Positions 16,671 through 24,861 of a stretch of DNA of 52,248 nucleotides are shown here, piece after piece; within the stretch, counting starts at the first letter, position 1, and each line of letters opens with the position of its first letter. Below the pieces are notes generated by a model. The model saw nothing but the letters and a program-made list of their open reading frames with translations. It ran no database searches and was not told where the DNA came from. The DNA is from Candidatus Anderseniibacteriota bacterium (lineage in GTDB: Bacteria > Patescibacteriota > Andersenbacteria > UBA10190), in NCBI GenBank assembly GCA_035290125.1, contig DATDVI010000021.1, forward strand, positions 1 through 52,248, given 5' to 3'. The position numbers and the translations under genes were made by a program.

Positions 16671-17329
16671 TGAATCGTTTAGGCACAGAGTTGGGCGCGG
16701 CGGGTTACTTGAGTGGTGTCCAGAAAATTTTGAACGCCATTGATTTTTCAGCTCTAGAGCGTTTCTCGACCTTGTTACACCGAGCTTGGCAAGAAAGCCG
16801 AAGTATTTTTATTTTCGGCAACGGCGGCTCGGGAGCAACCGCCTCACACTTTGCTGAAGATCTGTGCCATGGCACGGTGGCGCCGGAGAGGCGAAGCGAC
16901 GACGAGTTCAAGCGTTTTCAGGCGATGAGCTTGACGGACAACGTGCCCTGGGTGCTGGCGTTGGCTAATGACCTGGGCTACGAGAGAATTTTTGTTGAGC
17001 AGTTGCGCAGCTTGGCTAAGGCGGGCGACGTAGCGATTGCTATTAGTGGCTCGGGCAATAGCCTGAATGTTTTGCGGGCGATCGAGTGGGCGAATGCGCG
17101 AGACTTAGCGACGGTGGGTATCACCGGCTTTGACGGCGGCGAGTTGAAAAAGATTCAGCAGCATGGCGTGCACGTGCCAGTTGATGATATGCCGCTGACG
17201 GAGAGCGTGCACGGCGTGCTATTGCACTGGGTGGTGGATGATTTGTACGCCAGGCTGAATAGTGTGGGGCGGTATGTCGAAGTAAATAAAGATCCCGCCG
17301 TTGTTGGAACGGCGGGGTTTGGTGATTAG
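16670..17329 (+). CDS. gmhA: SIS-domain D-sedoheptulose-7-phosphate isomerase
   Basis: 219 aa, TAATG junction with the previous gene. IFIFGNGGSGATASHFAEDL and AIAISGSGNSLNVLRAI are the GmhA/DiaA-type SIS signatures. Confidence 0.75.
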   Translation: MNRLGTELGAAGYLSGVQKILNAIDFSALERFSTLLHRAWQESRSIFIFGNGGSGATASHFAEDLCHGTVAPERRSDDEFKRFQAMSLTDNVPWVLALANDLGYERIFVEQLRSLAKAGDVAIAISGSGNSLNVLRAIEWANARDLATVGITGFDGGELKKIQQHGVHVPVDDMPLTESVHGVLLHWVVDDLYARLNSVGRYVEVNKDPAVVGTAGFGD

Positions 17330-17332
17330 GGT

Positions 17333-18592
17333 TCAGAAGACGTACACCGGGTCGCGCTGGCCGTGCGGTTTGATCCGTGGGTCTACGTCAAGCGGGATGT
17401 TCAGGACGCCGAGGCGCTGGAAGGGCAGATAGCTGACCATTATCGCCGAGGTATAGTGGCGGTCTTTGGTGCGCACCACGTCGATAGCACATTTTATTTC
17501 GTTGCCCTCAGCGCTGGGCAGTAACATGTATTTTGTTCTGCTCGGCAGTCGTTGGCCGCGCGCATCGGCTAAGGGGTTATGCTGATGGGGGTAGATCACC
17601 TCGTCTGGCTCGAGCACTGCAATAATCTCACCCAGATTTTCAATCACAGTCTGGCGCGCTTGTTGTGACGGTACTGGTGAGCGCAGGTTGTGCACTTCCC
17701 AGTTCGGCTCGCCGTGAGCCAGCAGTATAACTGTTTTCGGGTTCCAGTTGTTGCTCCGCCCGACGTACTTCACGGCTTCGGCTAGACGCTCGACGCTTTC
17801 ATGGTCGTAGCAGGCTAATTCCCAGTACGGTGCTGACACAACGAGGGCTGTGGCAGTTTCAGTGATAGCGATCTTGTCATGAAACGTGATGCCTTGGCGG
17901 CGGTAGAAGGGGACGGTGTCGAAGACGTCGATATGCTTGCCCCAATTCTCTTGACGATTATTTTCCACATTATCCCAGTTGCCACCGACCATGATGACTT
18001 TCGTACCGGCTGCCTGAATGGGCTTAAGGGCTTCGGCGAGTTTTTTCGCTTCAGCTTCGATATCAGCGGCCGTCGCTTGGCGTACTTCTCGCGGCAATTC
18101 CAGGTGCCAGGAGCCAAAGTAATCGCGCTTGGCAGCGTTGCGGATCGCGCCAGCGACTTCGCGCTGACTCGTTTGGTTGGCCTTGGTCATAGCTTCTATT
18201 GGGAACATGCCACTCAGCTCATAGACATAGCCCATCAACTCCAAGAGGCCTGCGCCAAGTGTTTGATCAGGTTTGCGCGGGCAGTGGCCGACGAAGTTAA
18301 GTAGTTCTTCGTCTGCTATTGGCTTTTCGTTTGGCGTGCCGATGCCGAGCTGGTTATGGGCGCGGTTGAAGACGCATTCGTAGAATAGCGTTTTCAAGTG
18401 CTCAAAGGGCTGCGAGCCGGTGACATCACCGCCGAAGAAGAGGTAGTGGGGCGGGTTGTCGGCGACTCGTTTGAGCAGCCATAAGAACTCATCGGTGATG
18501 GCGTGGACGCAGCCGATGAACATCAGCCGATCGCATTTCTCCCAGGGGTCGATGAAGTTATCGAACAGATCAGCGTTGGTGCTAGCAGACAT
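17333..18592 (-). CDS. Divergent calcineurin-like metallophosphoesterase
   Basis: Motif series in the canonical order but degenerate: FIGCVHA (DxH with D to C), FFGGDVTG (GD), VGGNWDN (GNHD with H to W), LLAHGEP, YPHQHNP (GHxH-like). ATG 18592 is preceded by AGGAAG. The ORF-track TTG 18643 is part of a TTGACA hexamer. Confidence 0.5.
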   Translation of the reverse strand: MSASTNADLFDNFIDPWEKCDRLMFIGCVHAITDEFLWLLKRVADNPPHYLFFGGDVTGSQPFEHLKTLFYECVFNRAHNQLGIGTPNEKPIADEELLNFVGHCPRKPDQTLGAGLLELMGYVYELSGMFPIEAMTKANQTSQREVAGAIRNAAKRDYFGSWHLELPREVRQATAADIEAEAKKLAEALKPIQAAGTKVIMVGGNWDNVENNRQENWGKHIDVFDTVPFYRRQGITFHDKIAITETATALVVSAPYWELACYDHESVERLAEAVKYVGRSNNWNPKTVILLAHGEPNWEVHNLRSPVPSQQARQTVIENLGEIIAVLEPDEVIYPHQHNPLADARGQRLPSRTKYMLLPSAEGNEIKCAIDVVRTKDRHYTSAIMVSYLPFQRLGVLNIPLDVDPRIKPHGQRDPVYVF

Positions 18593-18656
18593 GGCAATTC
18601 TTCCTGCCCTAAGGGCATTGGAGGAGAGGAAACTAATTGTCAACGAACAATGTAGT

Positions 18657-18685
18657 AGTATCGAAAATTATCGGTGGACTGTCAA
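18657..18685 (-). promoter_or_regulatory. Sigma70-type promoter candidate (TTGACA-N17-GATACT)
   Basis: Minus strand: TTGACA at 18685..18680, 17-nt spacer, GATACT at 18662..18657. About 60 nt upstream of ATG 18592. Confidence 0.4.
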
Positions 18686-18728
18686 TTGTACCAGCGTAAA
18701 TTCTAGCTGCTCGTCTGTGCTTTGTTCT

Positions 18729-18754
18729 CCCTCGATATTACGTAATATCGAGGG
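18729..18754. repeat. Family A palindrome, copy A3 (26 bp core CCCTCGATATTACGTAATATCGAGGG)
   Basis: Perfect 13+13 inverted repeat. The outermost pair is T/G, a wobble if transcribed. It lies 44 nt upstream of the -35 at 18685. Confidence 0.95.
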
Positions 18755-18780
18755 GAAAGATAAGAATCAGTGTCTGCGGC

Positions 18781-18806
18781 ACATCGACGCATCAACGCGT
18801 CGATGT
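18781..18806. repeat. Family B 26-nt hairpin repeat, copy B1 (ACATCGACGCATCAACGCGTCGATGT)
   Basis: 10-bp stem ACATCGACGC/GCGTCGATGT with a 6-nt loop. Flanks gc...aaaa. A near-identical copy is inverted at 31678-31703. Confidence 0.9.
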
Positions 18807-18842
18807 AAAATTATAAGCCAGTAAGTTGCAGCAGTTTTGCGG

Positions 18843-18873
18843 AAAAAATAAAACCGGCCGTTTTGCGACCGGG
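18843..18873 (-). terminator. Rho-independent terminator
   Basis: Minus strand reads CCGGTCG-CAAAA-CGGCCGG then TTTTATTTTTT. It lies 42 nt after the stop (18915) of the IMPase-like gene. The single non-Watson-Crick pair is G-U only in the minus-strand transcript. Confidence 0.8.
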
Positions 18874-18914
18874 TGAGACCTTACTTACGCCCCGGTGGTG
18901 TAAGTATGGTTGAG

Positions 18915-19793
18915 TTAGCTTTGGAACTTGGGGTTGTCCCAGAAATTCTCAGCGAAGTCGTACGCGGACGTGAGATTGAGGATATCCTGACCGATTTCTT
19001 CGCTGCTGGCGGCGATGACGACCTGGGGAATGCGGCACGTGTTGAATGGCTGGCCGTCGGCTGAGGCGATGAATCCGCCAGCTTCCTCGACGGCGAGTAG
19101 TCCTGGCGTGTCCCACAGTTTGCCGGCGATAACGCAGGCAGCCAGGGTGCCGAGAACAACGCCGGAGATCGCAGCGATGTTTGAGTTATAGCATACGTAG
19201 CCGCCCGGGTGCTGGGTGTAGAGGATCAGATTGAGCAGCTGGTCGAAGCTGGACGGAATGTCTTTGTGCCTGACCAGGTAGATCATTGATATCTCAATGT
19301 TCTTGGTGTCGGTGAGGCGGTGTCGGGTACCGTTCACGTAGCAGCCTTCGCCTTTTTTGGCCGTGATCATAAGATCCTGGCGCGGCAGGTACATCATGCT
19401 GCGGGTGAGCGTGCCGTCCTCGACGGTGCCGGCAATGTGTCCATAGTTGGCGCCGCCGTAACGGTTCCCGGCAATCATGACACTGTTGTCGAACTCGAAT
19501 GTGGCGTCGAGGTCATCAACGACAATGTACGTGCCGCCATGGAGAGTGTTTTGCAATGCGGCAAGGAATTTGCGTTTGGGTCCACCCGTGCGGTTTTCTT
19601 CAGCGGCGATGGGAAACTGAGGGAGCTTATCTGCAAATATTTTCGCCATTGCCTCACCAGCGTCCAGGTCGGCTTGGGTGGCGAAATCATCTGGGCTCCT
19701 CTTGTCGACAACTTTGGACGCCTTGCCTTGCTGAGTAAAGGATATGCTGCCCGCGATTTTGCCGGCTTCTTCCAGAACTTTTAGCACTTTCAT
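18915..19793 (-). CDS. Inositol-monophosphatase-fold sugar-phosphate phosphatase (IMPase/FBPase/CysQ superfamily)
   Basis: 292 aa; GGAG SD before ATG 19793. PIAAEEN (metal-binding EE), IVVDDLDATFEF (variant of DPxDGT), and LWDTPGLLAVEEAGG (WDxxxGxxxxxEAGG). Confidence 0.7.
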   Translation of the reverse strand: MKVLKVLEEAGKIAGSISFTQQGKASKVVDKRSPDDFATQADLDAGEAMAKIFADKLPQFPIAAEENRTGGPKRKFLAALQNTLHGGTYIVVDDLDATFEFDNSVMIAGNRYGGANYGHIAGTVEDGTLTRSMMYLPRQDLMITAKKGEGCYVNGTRHRLTDTKNIEISMIYLVRHKDIPSSFDQLLNLILYTQHPGGYVCYNSNIAAISGVVLGTLAACVIAGKLWDTPGLLAVEEAGGFIASADGQPFNTCRIPQVVIAASSEEIGQDILNLTSAYDFAENFWDNPKFQS

Positions 19794-19832
19794 GATTGTT
19801 CTCCTTTGTAGCGTGAAGTGTACAGCAGCGGC

Positions 19833-19861
19833 ACTGTATGATGCGATAGGGTTGCTGTCAA
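19833..19861 (-). promoter_or_regulatory. Sigma70-type promoter candidate (TTGACA-N17-TACAGT)
   Basis: Minus strand: TTGACA at 19861..19856, 17-nt spacer gcaaccctatcgcatca, TACAGT at 19838..19833. About 40 nt upstream of ATG 19793. Confidence 0.45.
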
Positions 19862-19886
19862 GCTGCGGCTCATCTACGCTAACGAT

Positions 19887-20873
19887 ATGTACAAAGTAGC
19901 GGTTATTGGCTGTAATTCATTTACTGGTGGGTACGTGGTGGATGAGCTGCTGGCGGCAGGTGAGTATCAGGTACTGGGCATTGATCGGGAGGAAAAAGGG
20001 CGTTTGTTTTTGCCGTACGTGCAGAATGATTTACGCCGTTTCCGGTTCGCTCAGATGGATGTGAATAAGGATATGGCGGACCTGCTCGCGTTATTGCAAT
20101 CGGAGCAGCCGGATTATGTTATGAACCTGGCAGCGCTCTCAGAAGTAGCGCCAAGTTGGGAGCATCCCGAGCAATGGATGCAGACTAATGTGGTGGCGTT
20201 GACTATCCTGGTTGATGGTCTGCGGCATCTGCCTGTATTAAAAAAATTCGTCCAAATATCTACGCCGGAAGTTTATGGCTCAGTAGCTGGCCGAGTACAA
20301 GAAGACGCGGCGTTAAAGCCTTCGACGCCCTATGCGGTTTCTAAGGCAGCTTTTGATTTGTTGCTTCTTGCGTTCGTTAAGCAGTATGCGTTTCCGGCGG
20401 TGCTGATGCGCGCGGCTAATGTCTATGGGGCACATCAGCAGTTGTTTAAAATTGTGCCGCGGACGATTATTTATGAGAAACTAGGCCGGAAATTGCCGCT
20501 GCACGGCGGTGGGAAAGCAACGCGGGCATTTATTCATGGGCGGGATGTGGCTCGTGCTTACGTGGCCGCCCTGACCTTGGGCAAAGTGGGCGAAGCGTAT
20601 CATGTGGCGCCCGAGACAACGGTAACTATCCGGGAGTTGGTGCAGCGAATTTGTGATCTGGTTGGTGAGGATATATCGGCCGTGGTTGAGGACACGCCGG
20701 CCCGACCAGGGCACGACGCGGTTTACTCTCTGGATGCGAGTAAGGCTAAGCGCGATCTTAGATGGCAGCCGGAGGTGACTCTATCGGCTGGACTAGCTGA
20801 AGTTATCGCTTGGGTTGATACGAATTGGGCAGAGATTCGCGAGGAGTCGCTGGAGTACGTTCATCGCGCTTAG
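19887..20873 (+). CDS. NDP-sugar 4,6-dehydratase-like extended SDR
   Basis: 328 aa. VAVIGCNSFTGGYV, ISTPEVYG, YAVSKAAFDLL (YxxxK), and RAANVYGAHQQLFKIVPRTI...LPLHGGGKATRAFIHGRD, which parallels the RfbB/DmhA-type layout. Confidence 0.7.
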   Translation: MYKVAVIGCNSFTGGYVVDELLAAGEYQVLGIDREEKGRLFLPYVQNDLRRFRFAQMDVNKDMADLLALLQSEQPDYVMNLAALSEVAPSWEHPEQWMQTNVVALTILVDGLRHLPVLKKFVQISTPEVYGSVAGRVQEDAALKPSTPYAVSKAAFDLLLLAFVKQYAFPAVLMRAANVYGAHQQLFKIVPRTIIYEKLGRKLPLHGGGKATRAFIHGRDVARAYVAALTLGKVGEAYHVAPETTVTIRELVQRICDLVGEDISAVVEDTPARPGHDAVYSLDASKAKRDLRWQPEVTLSAGLAEVIAWVDTNWAEIREESLEYVHRA

Positions 20874-21787
20874 GCGCGCGACTGCAGCCAGCGATGAATC
20901 GCTTTCCGCGATTGGCGGACTGGCGAAAAACGAGCCGCCCAGTGACTGAGGGCTCCCGTGTGGCTGAGCAGATACTGTTCAGCGATGATGAAGCGATACC
21001 CCCGCAGCCAGCGGTCGACGTGGGCCGGTGGAAAGAGTTCGCGGAACTCTGGTGAGCGCATGAGGTTGGCTGCACGGTTCATGATCTGCCACAGGGAGCG
21101 CGGCGAGCGAGCGGCTGATTGAGAGACGCTGGTGGAGGATAGGCGCCAGGCCATACACGGCTGGGCGAGGTAGCAAACCCCATGCTTGAGGCCAAGCGCG
21201 CGCAGGGCAAAAGAGTCAAGCCAGCTGCCGAGTTCTGGGTGAAAACCACCGATATCAATCAAAGCTTGGCGGCGATAGACAGTTGCTCCGGAAAGTGAAT
21301 GCGAGGGCAGTTCACGCTCCAGACAGTCGCTGAGATACTCAGTTGGCGTGGCGAAGCGCGAGGTCGGCCAATGGGAGACGCCGCTGGTGTAGAGATAGCG
21401 TTTCTGGGTATCGTACGTAGGAATTTGTCCAAAGATAATACCGGCTGTTGGGTATTGTTTTGCCCAGCGCAGCGCAGCCGAAAAAAAGCCTGGCAGGACG
21501 CGGTCGTCGCTGGCTGCGCCGTAGATGTAATCGCCGGACAAAAAGGTGGGCATGGCTTGCATGATGCTGGCGACACCCTGGTTGGTCTTGTTGCGCAGTC
21601 CCTGCAAACGCGGATACTGTCGTTGTAATTGTTTGATGAGCTGCGGTGTCGTGTCGGTCGAGGCGTCATCGATAATCACCAGCTCGTCTGGAGCACGCGA
21701 TTGCGTCATTATTGCCTCCACGGCGCCGGCCAGGAGCGCGGCGTGATTGTAGGTTGGGAGATACACCGAAAGCGTGGGTTCAGACAC
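20870..21787 (-). CDS. Glycosyltransferase family 2
   Basis: LSVYLPTYNHAALL...ELVIIDDASTDTT...AASDD. The GTG at 21787 forms GTGTCTGA with the upstream stop (21780-21782). The ORF-track start at 21997 would overlap the upstream gene by 218 nt. Confidence 0.8.
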   Translation of the reverse strand: MSEPTLSVYLPTYNHAALLAGAVEAIMTQSRAPDELVIIDDASTDTTPQLIKQLQRQYPRLQGLRNKTNQGVASIMQAMPTFLSGDYIYGAASDDRVLPGFFSAALRWAKQYPTAGIIFGQIPTYDTQKRYLYTSGVSHWPTSRFATPTEYLSDCLERELPSHSLSGATVYRRQALIDIGGFHPELGSWLDSFALRALGLKHGVCYLAQPCMAWRLSSTSVSQSAARSPRSLWQIMNRAANLMRSPEFRELFPPAHVDRWLRGYRFIIAEQYLLSHTGALSHWAARFSPVRQSRKAIHRWLQSRA

Positions 21788-22604
21788 GATGCGATGCTTG
21801 GTTAGTGGCTTGGTACGCTTGCGCGATGGCTGTGGCAGGGGAATTAAGGCAAGGTTGATAGTAGGTGGGCCGGGCCGACAGGTCGACAGGAGCAAATTGA
21901 TTGATGATGCGCAGGTCGGTACTCCACCTCGTAACGGTGCTGTCGTTGCTGGTCGTGCCATGAAGTGTAGCCAGGCTAAACGCCAGAATCTGGCCAAAGC
22001 GCAGCGGAACGGGGTGCATCTTCAAGGGATACGCGGGATCGATCACCTTTGGTGCATACAGAAACCCCAGTTTGTGTTTCGCAGAGCCTTTTTGTACGTT
22101 GCGGCTGGCGATCTGGATTAGAGGAATCGCTGTTTCGGGAATGGTGTGTGAGTCTGGCTGAACGCGCAGGGTGTTGCCGGCATCTAAATCAACAAAAGGA
22201 ATTACCAGAGAAATTTCATAGGGCGAACCACCGTAAAACGTGTCGCGATGGTAGCCGATGCTATCGCCGTCTCGCCCCGGGCGGACGATCCGTAAGTAGG
22301 GCTCGCGCTGGGCGAGCATATCTTCTCCAACCAGGCAGGTGAACAGAGATTGATTATCATGCAGAAGCTGGTGGAGGTGTGGCAGAGCGCGGAGCTGCCT
22401 CGTCAACTCGATCTGAATCTTGTCATGCTGATCTTGGGAACTCACGAGCCGATGGTAGCGCTCGAGCGTTGCGGAGGAATCGAGCACGTGCCGCAGGCCC
22501 TGCAGCAGCGCGTCACGCTGCTTGGCCAGGGCGAGCGTGTCAATAAGCTCAATAACGCAAAAGCCGTGTCGGCGAAAATGAGCGGCGTGGGCTGGCGTGA
22601 TCAT
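21780..22604 (-). CDS. Fe(II)/2-oxoglutarate-dependent oxygenase, phytanoyl-CoA dioxygenase (PhyH)-like
   Basis: 274 aa. GYHRDTFYG (HxD facial-triad motif) and a distal LATLHGTT His. The N-terminus ITPAHAAHFRRHGFCVI is typical of PhyH-family starts. Confidence 0.6.
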   Translation of the reverse strand: MITPAHAAHFRRHGFCVIELIDTLALAKQRDALLQGLRHVLDSSATLERYHRLVSSQDQHDKIQIELTRQLRALPHLHQLLHDNQSLFTCLVGEDMLAQREPYLRIVRPGRDGDSIGYHRDTFYGGSPYEISLVIPFVDLDAGNTLRVQPDSHTIPETAIPLIQIASRNVQKGSAKHKLGFLYAPKVIDPAYPLKMHPVPLRFGQILAFSLATLHGTTSNDSTVTRWSTDLRIINQFAPVDLSARPTYYQPCLNSPATAIAQAYQATNQASHRV

Positions 22605-23494
22605 GTCAGCAGCATATCATGCGGTACTTGGCTGGCATAAGACTGCTGCGCAAAAGCGGATTCGATGGTTGCTGGACGCACGGGTAGTCGACGGCGGGTA
22701 GCGCGGTCATCGAGTACTTGCCAGCGGGGACGCTCTTCAAGCCAAGTAAAATCTTTGCTTACCCTTTTTTCAATAAGGCCGGTATTGAGGTGGAAGTGTC
22801 TGGCCAGGCGTTCGGCATAGTCAGCAGGACTGCCACTGTCAGGGCCCGTGAAGTGGTAGATACCTGGCTGCTCTGTTGGATCGAGAAGCGATAGCGAGCG
22901 AGCTACGTCGGTGACCCAGATTGGCGAGATTACCTGGTCGGTAACCGCGCGAATACTCCTGCCGCGGCGCAGCAGCTGCAGCCACTGGTAAAAAAGATAC
23001 GTATCTGTGGCGTCAGTGTTGTAGACTTTCGTCAGCCGCGCAATGCAATACTGGCGGAAATGCCGACGAATGTATTTTTCAACAGCTGCCTTTTGCCGGC
23101 CGTATTCCGTGTTGGGATTCAGGCGACTTTGCTCGTGGTAACGAGCATGCCGCCCGGCAAAAACTACGTTAGATGACAAATAGATTGGTTGGCCGCCGTG
23201 CTGTTGCAGGTACTTAAGTAGACGAATCAAGCCGCGAACATTGATCGCACTGGTTGAGGTGGGTGAACGTTTACAATCATCGAGTGTGCCCTGTTGTAGG
23301 CAAAGAAAGACACGCTGAAAGGGCGGTACGTGTTTCAGCTGATCAGCAAGTGGTTTCGTTACGTCAAAAAAGCTCAGGTGGCTGTCACCGGCCGAGGCTG
23401 GGAAAAATGTGCCGTGAACAGGTTCTTGATTATCACGAAAGTATTCGTGGAGGTGCTGGCCAATAAAGCCGTTGGCGCCGATTATGAGGTTCAC
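22601..23494 (-). CDS. NAD(P)-dependent sugar reductase/epimerase (RmlD-like SDR)
   Basis: 297 aa. GTG start in a GTGA overlap at 23491-23494. LIIGANGFIGQHL Rossmann motif; YGRQKAAVE (YxxxK). Confidence 0.7.
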   Translation of the reverse strand: MNLIIGANGFIGQHLHEYFRDNQEPVHGTFFPASAGDSHLSFFDVTKPLADQLKHVPPFQRVFLCLQQGTLDDCKRSPTSTSAINVRGLIRLLKYLQQHGGQPIYLSSNVVFAGRHARYHEQSRLNPNTEYGRQKAAVEKYIRRHFRQYCIARLTKVYNTDATDTYLFYQWLQLLRRGRSIRAVTDQVISPIWVTDVARSLSLLDPTEQPGIYHFTGPDSGSPADYAERLARHFHLNTGLIEKRVSKDFTWLEERPRWQVLDDRATRRRLPVRPATIESAFAQQSYASQVPHDMLLT

Positions 23495-24177
23495 GTTTGT
23501 CGAGATCGGGTTTTAATGCCGATGCCGATCCCAAACAGGTAATGCGCCATTGGCCCAAAGCCGGTGTGAACAACCTCATCGTTCATCGAAAACATGAAGA
23601 CAGTTTTGAAGTATTGCTGGAATAGTGCCTTTAGCTCGTCGAAAGTTTTGCAATTAACATGTCCCTCGCGGCTCGGGCGAGAAGCATAGGGTTGGGAGGT
23701 GACGTTAGGTGTGCCCAGGATGAGTATGCCGGGGCTCTGCAGGCTCATGACGAGGTGGAGTATAAATTTCTTCTCCTGACGTGGTGAAATGTGCTCCACG
23801 ACGTCGAGAGCGTAGAGGCTATCGTAGCGGCGTGGCAGGGGTTCTGCGAGAATGTCATGCACAAAGAAGCGTTGATTGGCACGGTCGTGATTTGTCGCGA
23901 TGGCGTTGTCGACGAACACGGGATCGAAATCGTACCCATCGAGTTTGCCGACCTCGGCCGCGACCAGGCGAGAGCCGAAAGCATCACCACAGCCCACTTC
24001 GGCCACCTGCTTTCCACCCGCGAGCATTTTGGCGGCAAATTTATAGCGCGACAGTGTAAATACAACATGCTTAGGGTCGTGGTGCCAGAGGTATGAAGCG
24101 GTGATGCCCAGGGAGGCAGCGCCGTGTTGGTAATGCTTGACGTGCCGATTGTATTGGGGTTCCTTGGTTTGACGCAC
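23491..24177 (-). CDS. Class I SAM-dependent methyltransferase
   Basis: 228 aa, apparent GTG start at 24177. Motif I VAEVGCGDAFGSRL, then GYDFD and LYALDVVEHI. Confidence 0.75.
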   Translation of the reverse strand: MRQTKEPQYNRHVKHYQHGAASLGITASYLWHHDPKHVVFTLSRYKFAAKMLAGGKQVAEVGCGDAFGSRLVAAEVGKLDGYDFDPVFVDNAIATNHDRANQRFFVHDILAEPLPRRYDSLYALDVVEHISPRQEKKFILHLVMSLQSPGILILGTPNVTSQPYASRPSREGHVNCKTFDELKALFQQYFKTVFMFSMNDEVVHTGFGPMAHYLFGIGIGIKTRSRQT

Positions 24178-24204
24178 GGGGTGTATTGTAAGACACTTGG
24201 CATA

Positions 24205-24861
24205 ATGAGCGAAATTGACTTACTGGAGAAGTATCCTAAGACGAGGCGTAATCTGAACGAACGGGCTGAGGCAAAGACCGAAGAGGACCGGCGGATTGGC
24301 CGCGAATTTGACCGAGATTATTTCGACGGCGATCGCCGGCACGGGTATGGCGGATATACATACCAGGCTCGCTTTTGGCAGCCAGTGGTGCCAGCTTTTC
24401 AGAAGCAGTATGGCCTAACAGCCCAGAGCAGTATTTTAGACGTTGGTAGCGGCAAGGGGTTTATGCTGCACGATTTTATGGAATTGATTCCGGGCATCAC
24501 CGTGGCGGGCATCGATATTTCCGAATATGGTGTCGTCCACACACTGCCAGACGTTAAGCCCTACGTGCAGGTGGCCAATGCGAAAAAGCTGCCGTTTGCG
24601 GACAATACATTTGATGTAGTTATTTCCATCAACACAATCCACAATTTGCCGCTGGAAGAGTGTAAGCAGGCACTGCGGGAGATCATGCGTGTGACAAAAA
24701 GCGATGCGTTTGTGACCGTGGATGCGTATCGAACAGCGGAAGAGAAGCAGCGCATGGACATGTGGAATTTAACAGCGCTCACCTACATGTCGGTGAGGGA
24801 GTGGGAAACATTATTTAAAGAAGTAGGGTATACCGGCGACTACTACTGGTTTACACCGTGA
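24205..24861 (+). CDS. Class I SAM-dependent methyltransferase
   Basis: Start MSEIDLLEKYP at ATG 24205; the ORF-track start 24124 would overlap the divergent gene. Motif I ILDVGSGKGFML, then AGIDIS and VVISINTIHNL. Confidence 0.8.
   Translation: MSEIDLLEKYPKTRRNLNERAEAKTEEDRRIGREFDRDYFDGDRRHGYGGYTYQARFWQPVVPAFQKQYGLTAQSSILDVGSGKGFMLHDFMELIPGITVAGIDISEYGVVHTLPDVKPYVQVANAKKLPFADNTFDVVISINTIHNLPLEECKQALREIMRVTKSDAFVTVDAYRTAEEKQRMDMWNLTALTYMSVREWETLFKEVGYTGDYYWFTP

Noticed and set aside
18638-18643. Second TTGACA hexamer upstream of the metallophosphoesterase gene
   Set aside because: No acceptable -10 hexamer 16-18 nt downstream (it reads CAATGC).
21788-21997. 70-codon N-terminal extension of the GT2 at 20870
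   Set aside because: It would overlap the PhyH-like gene by 218 nt. The GT2 domain begins right after the GTG at 21787, which forms a stop-start overlap.
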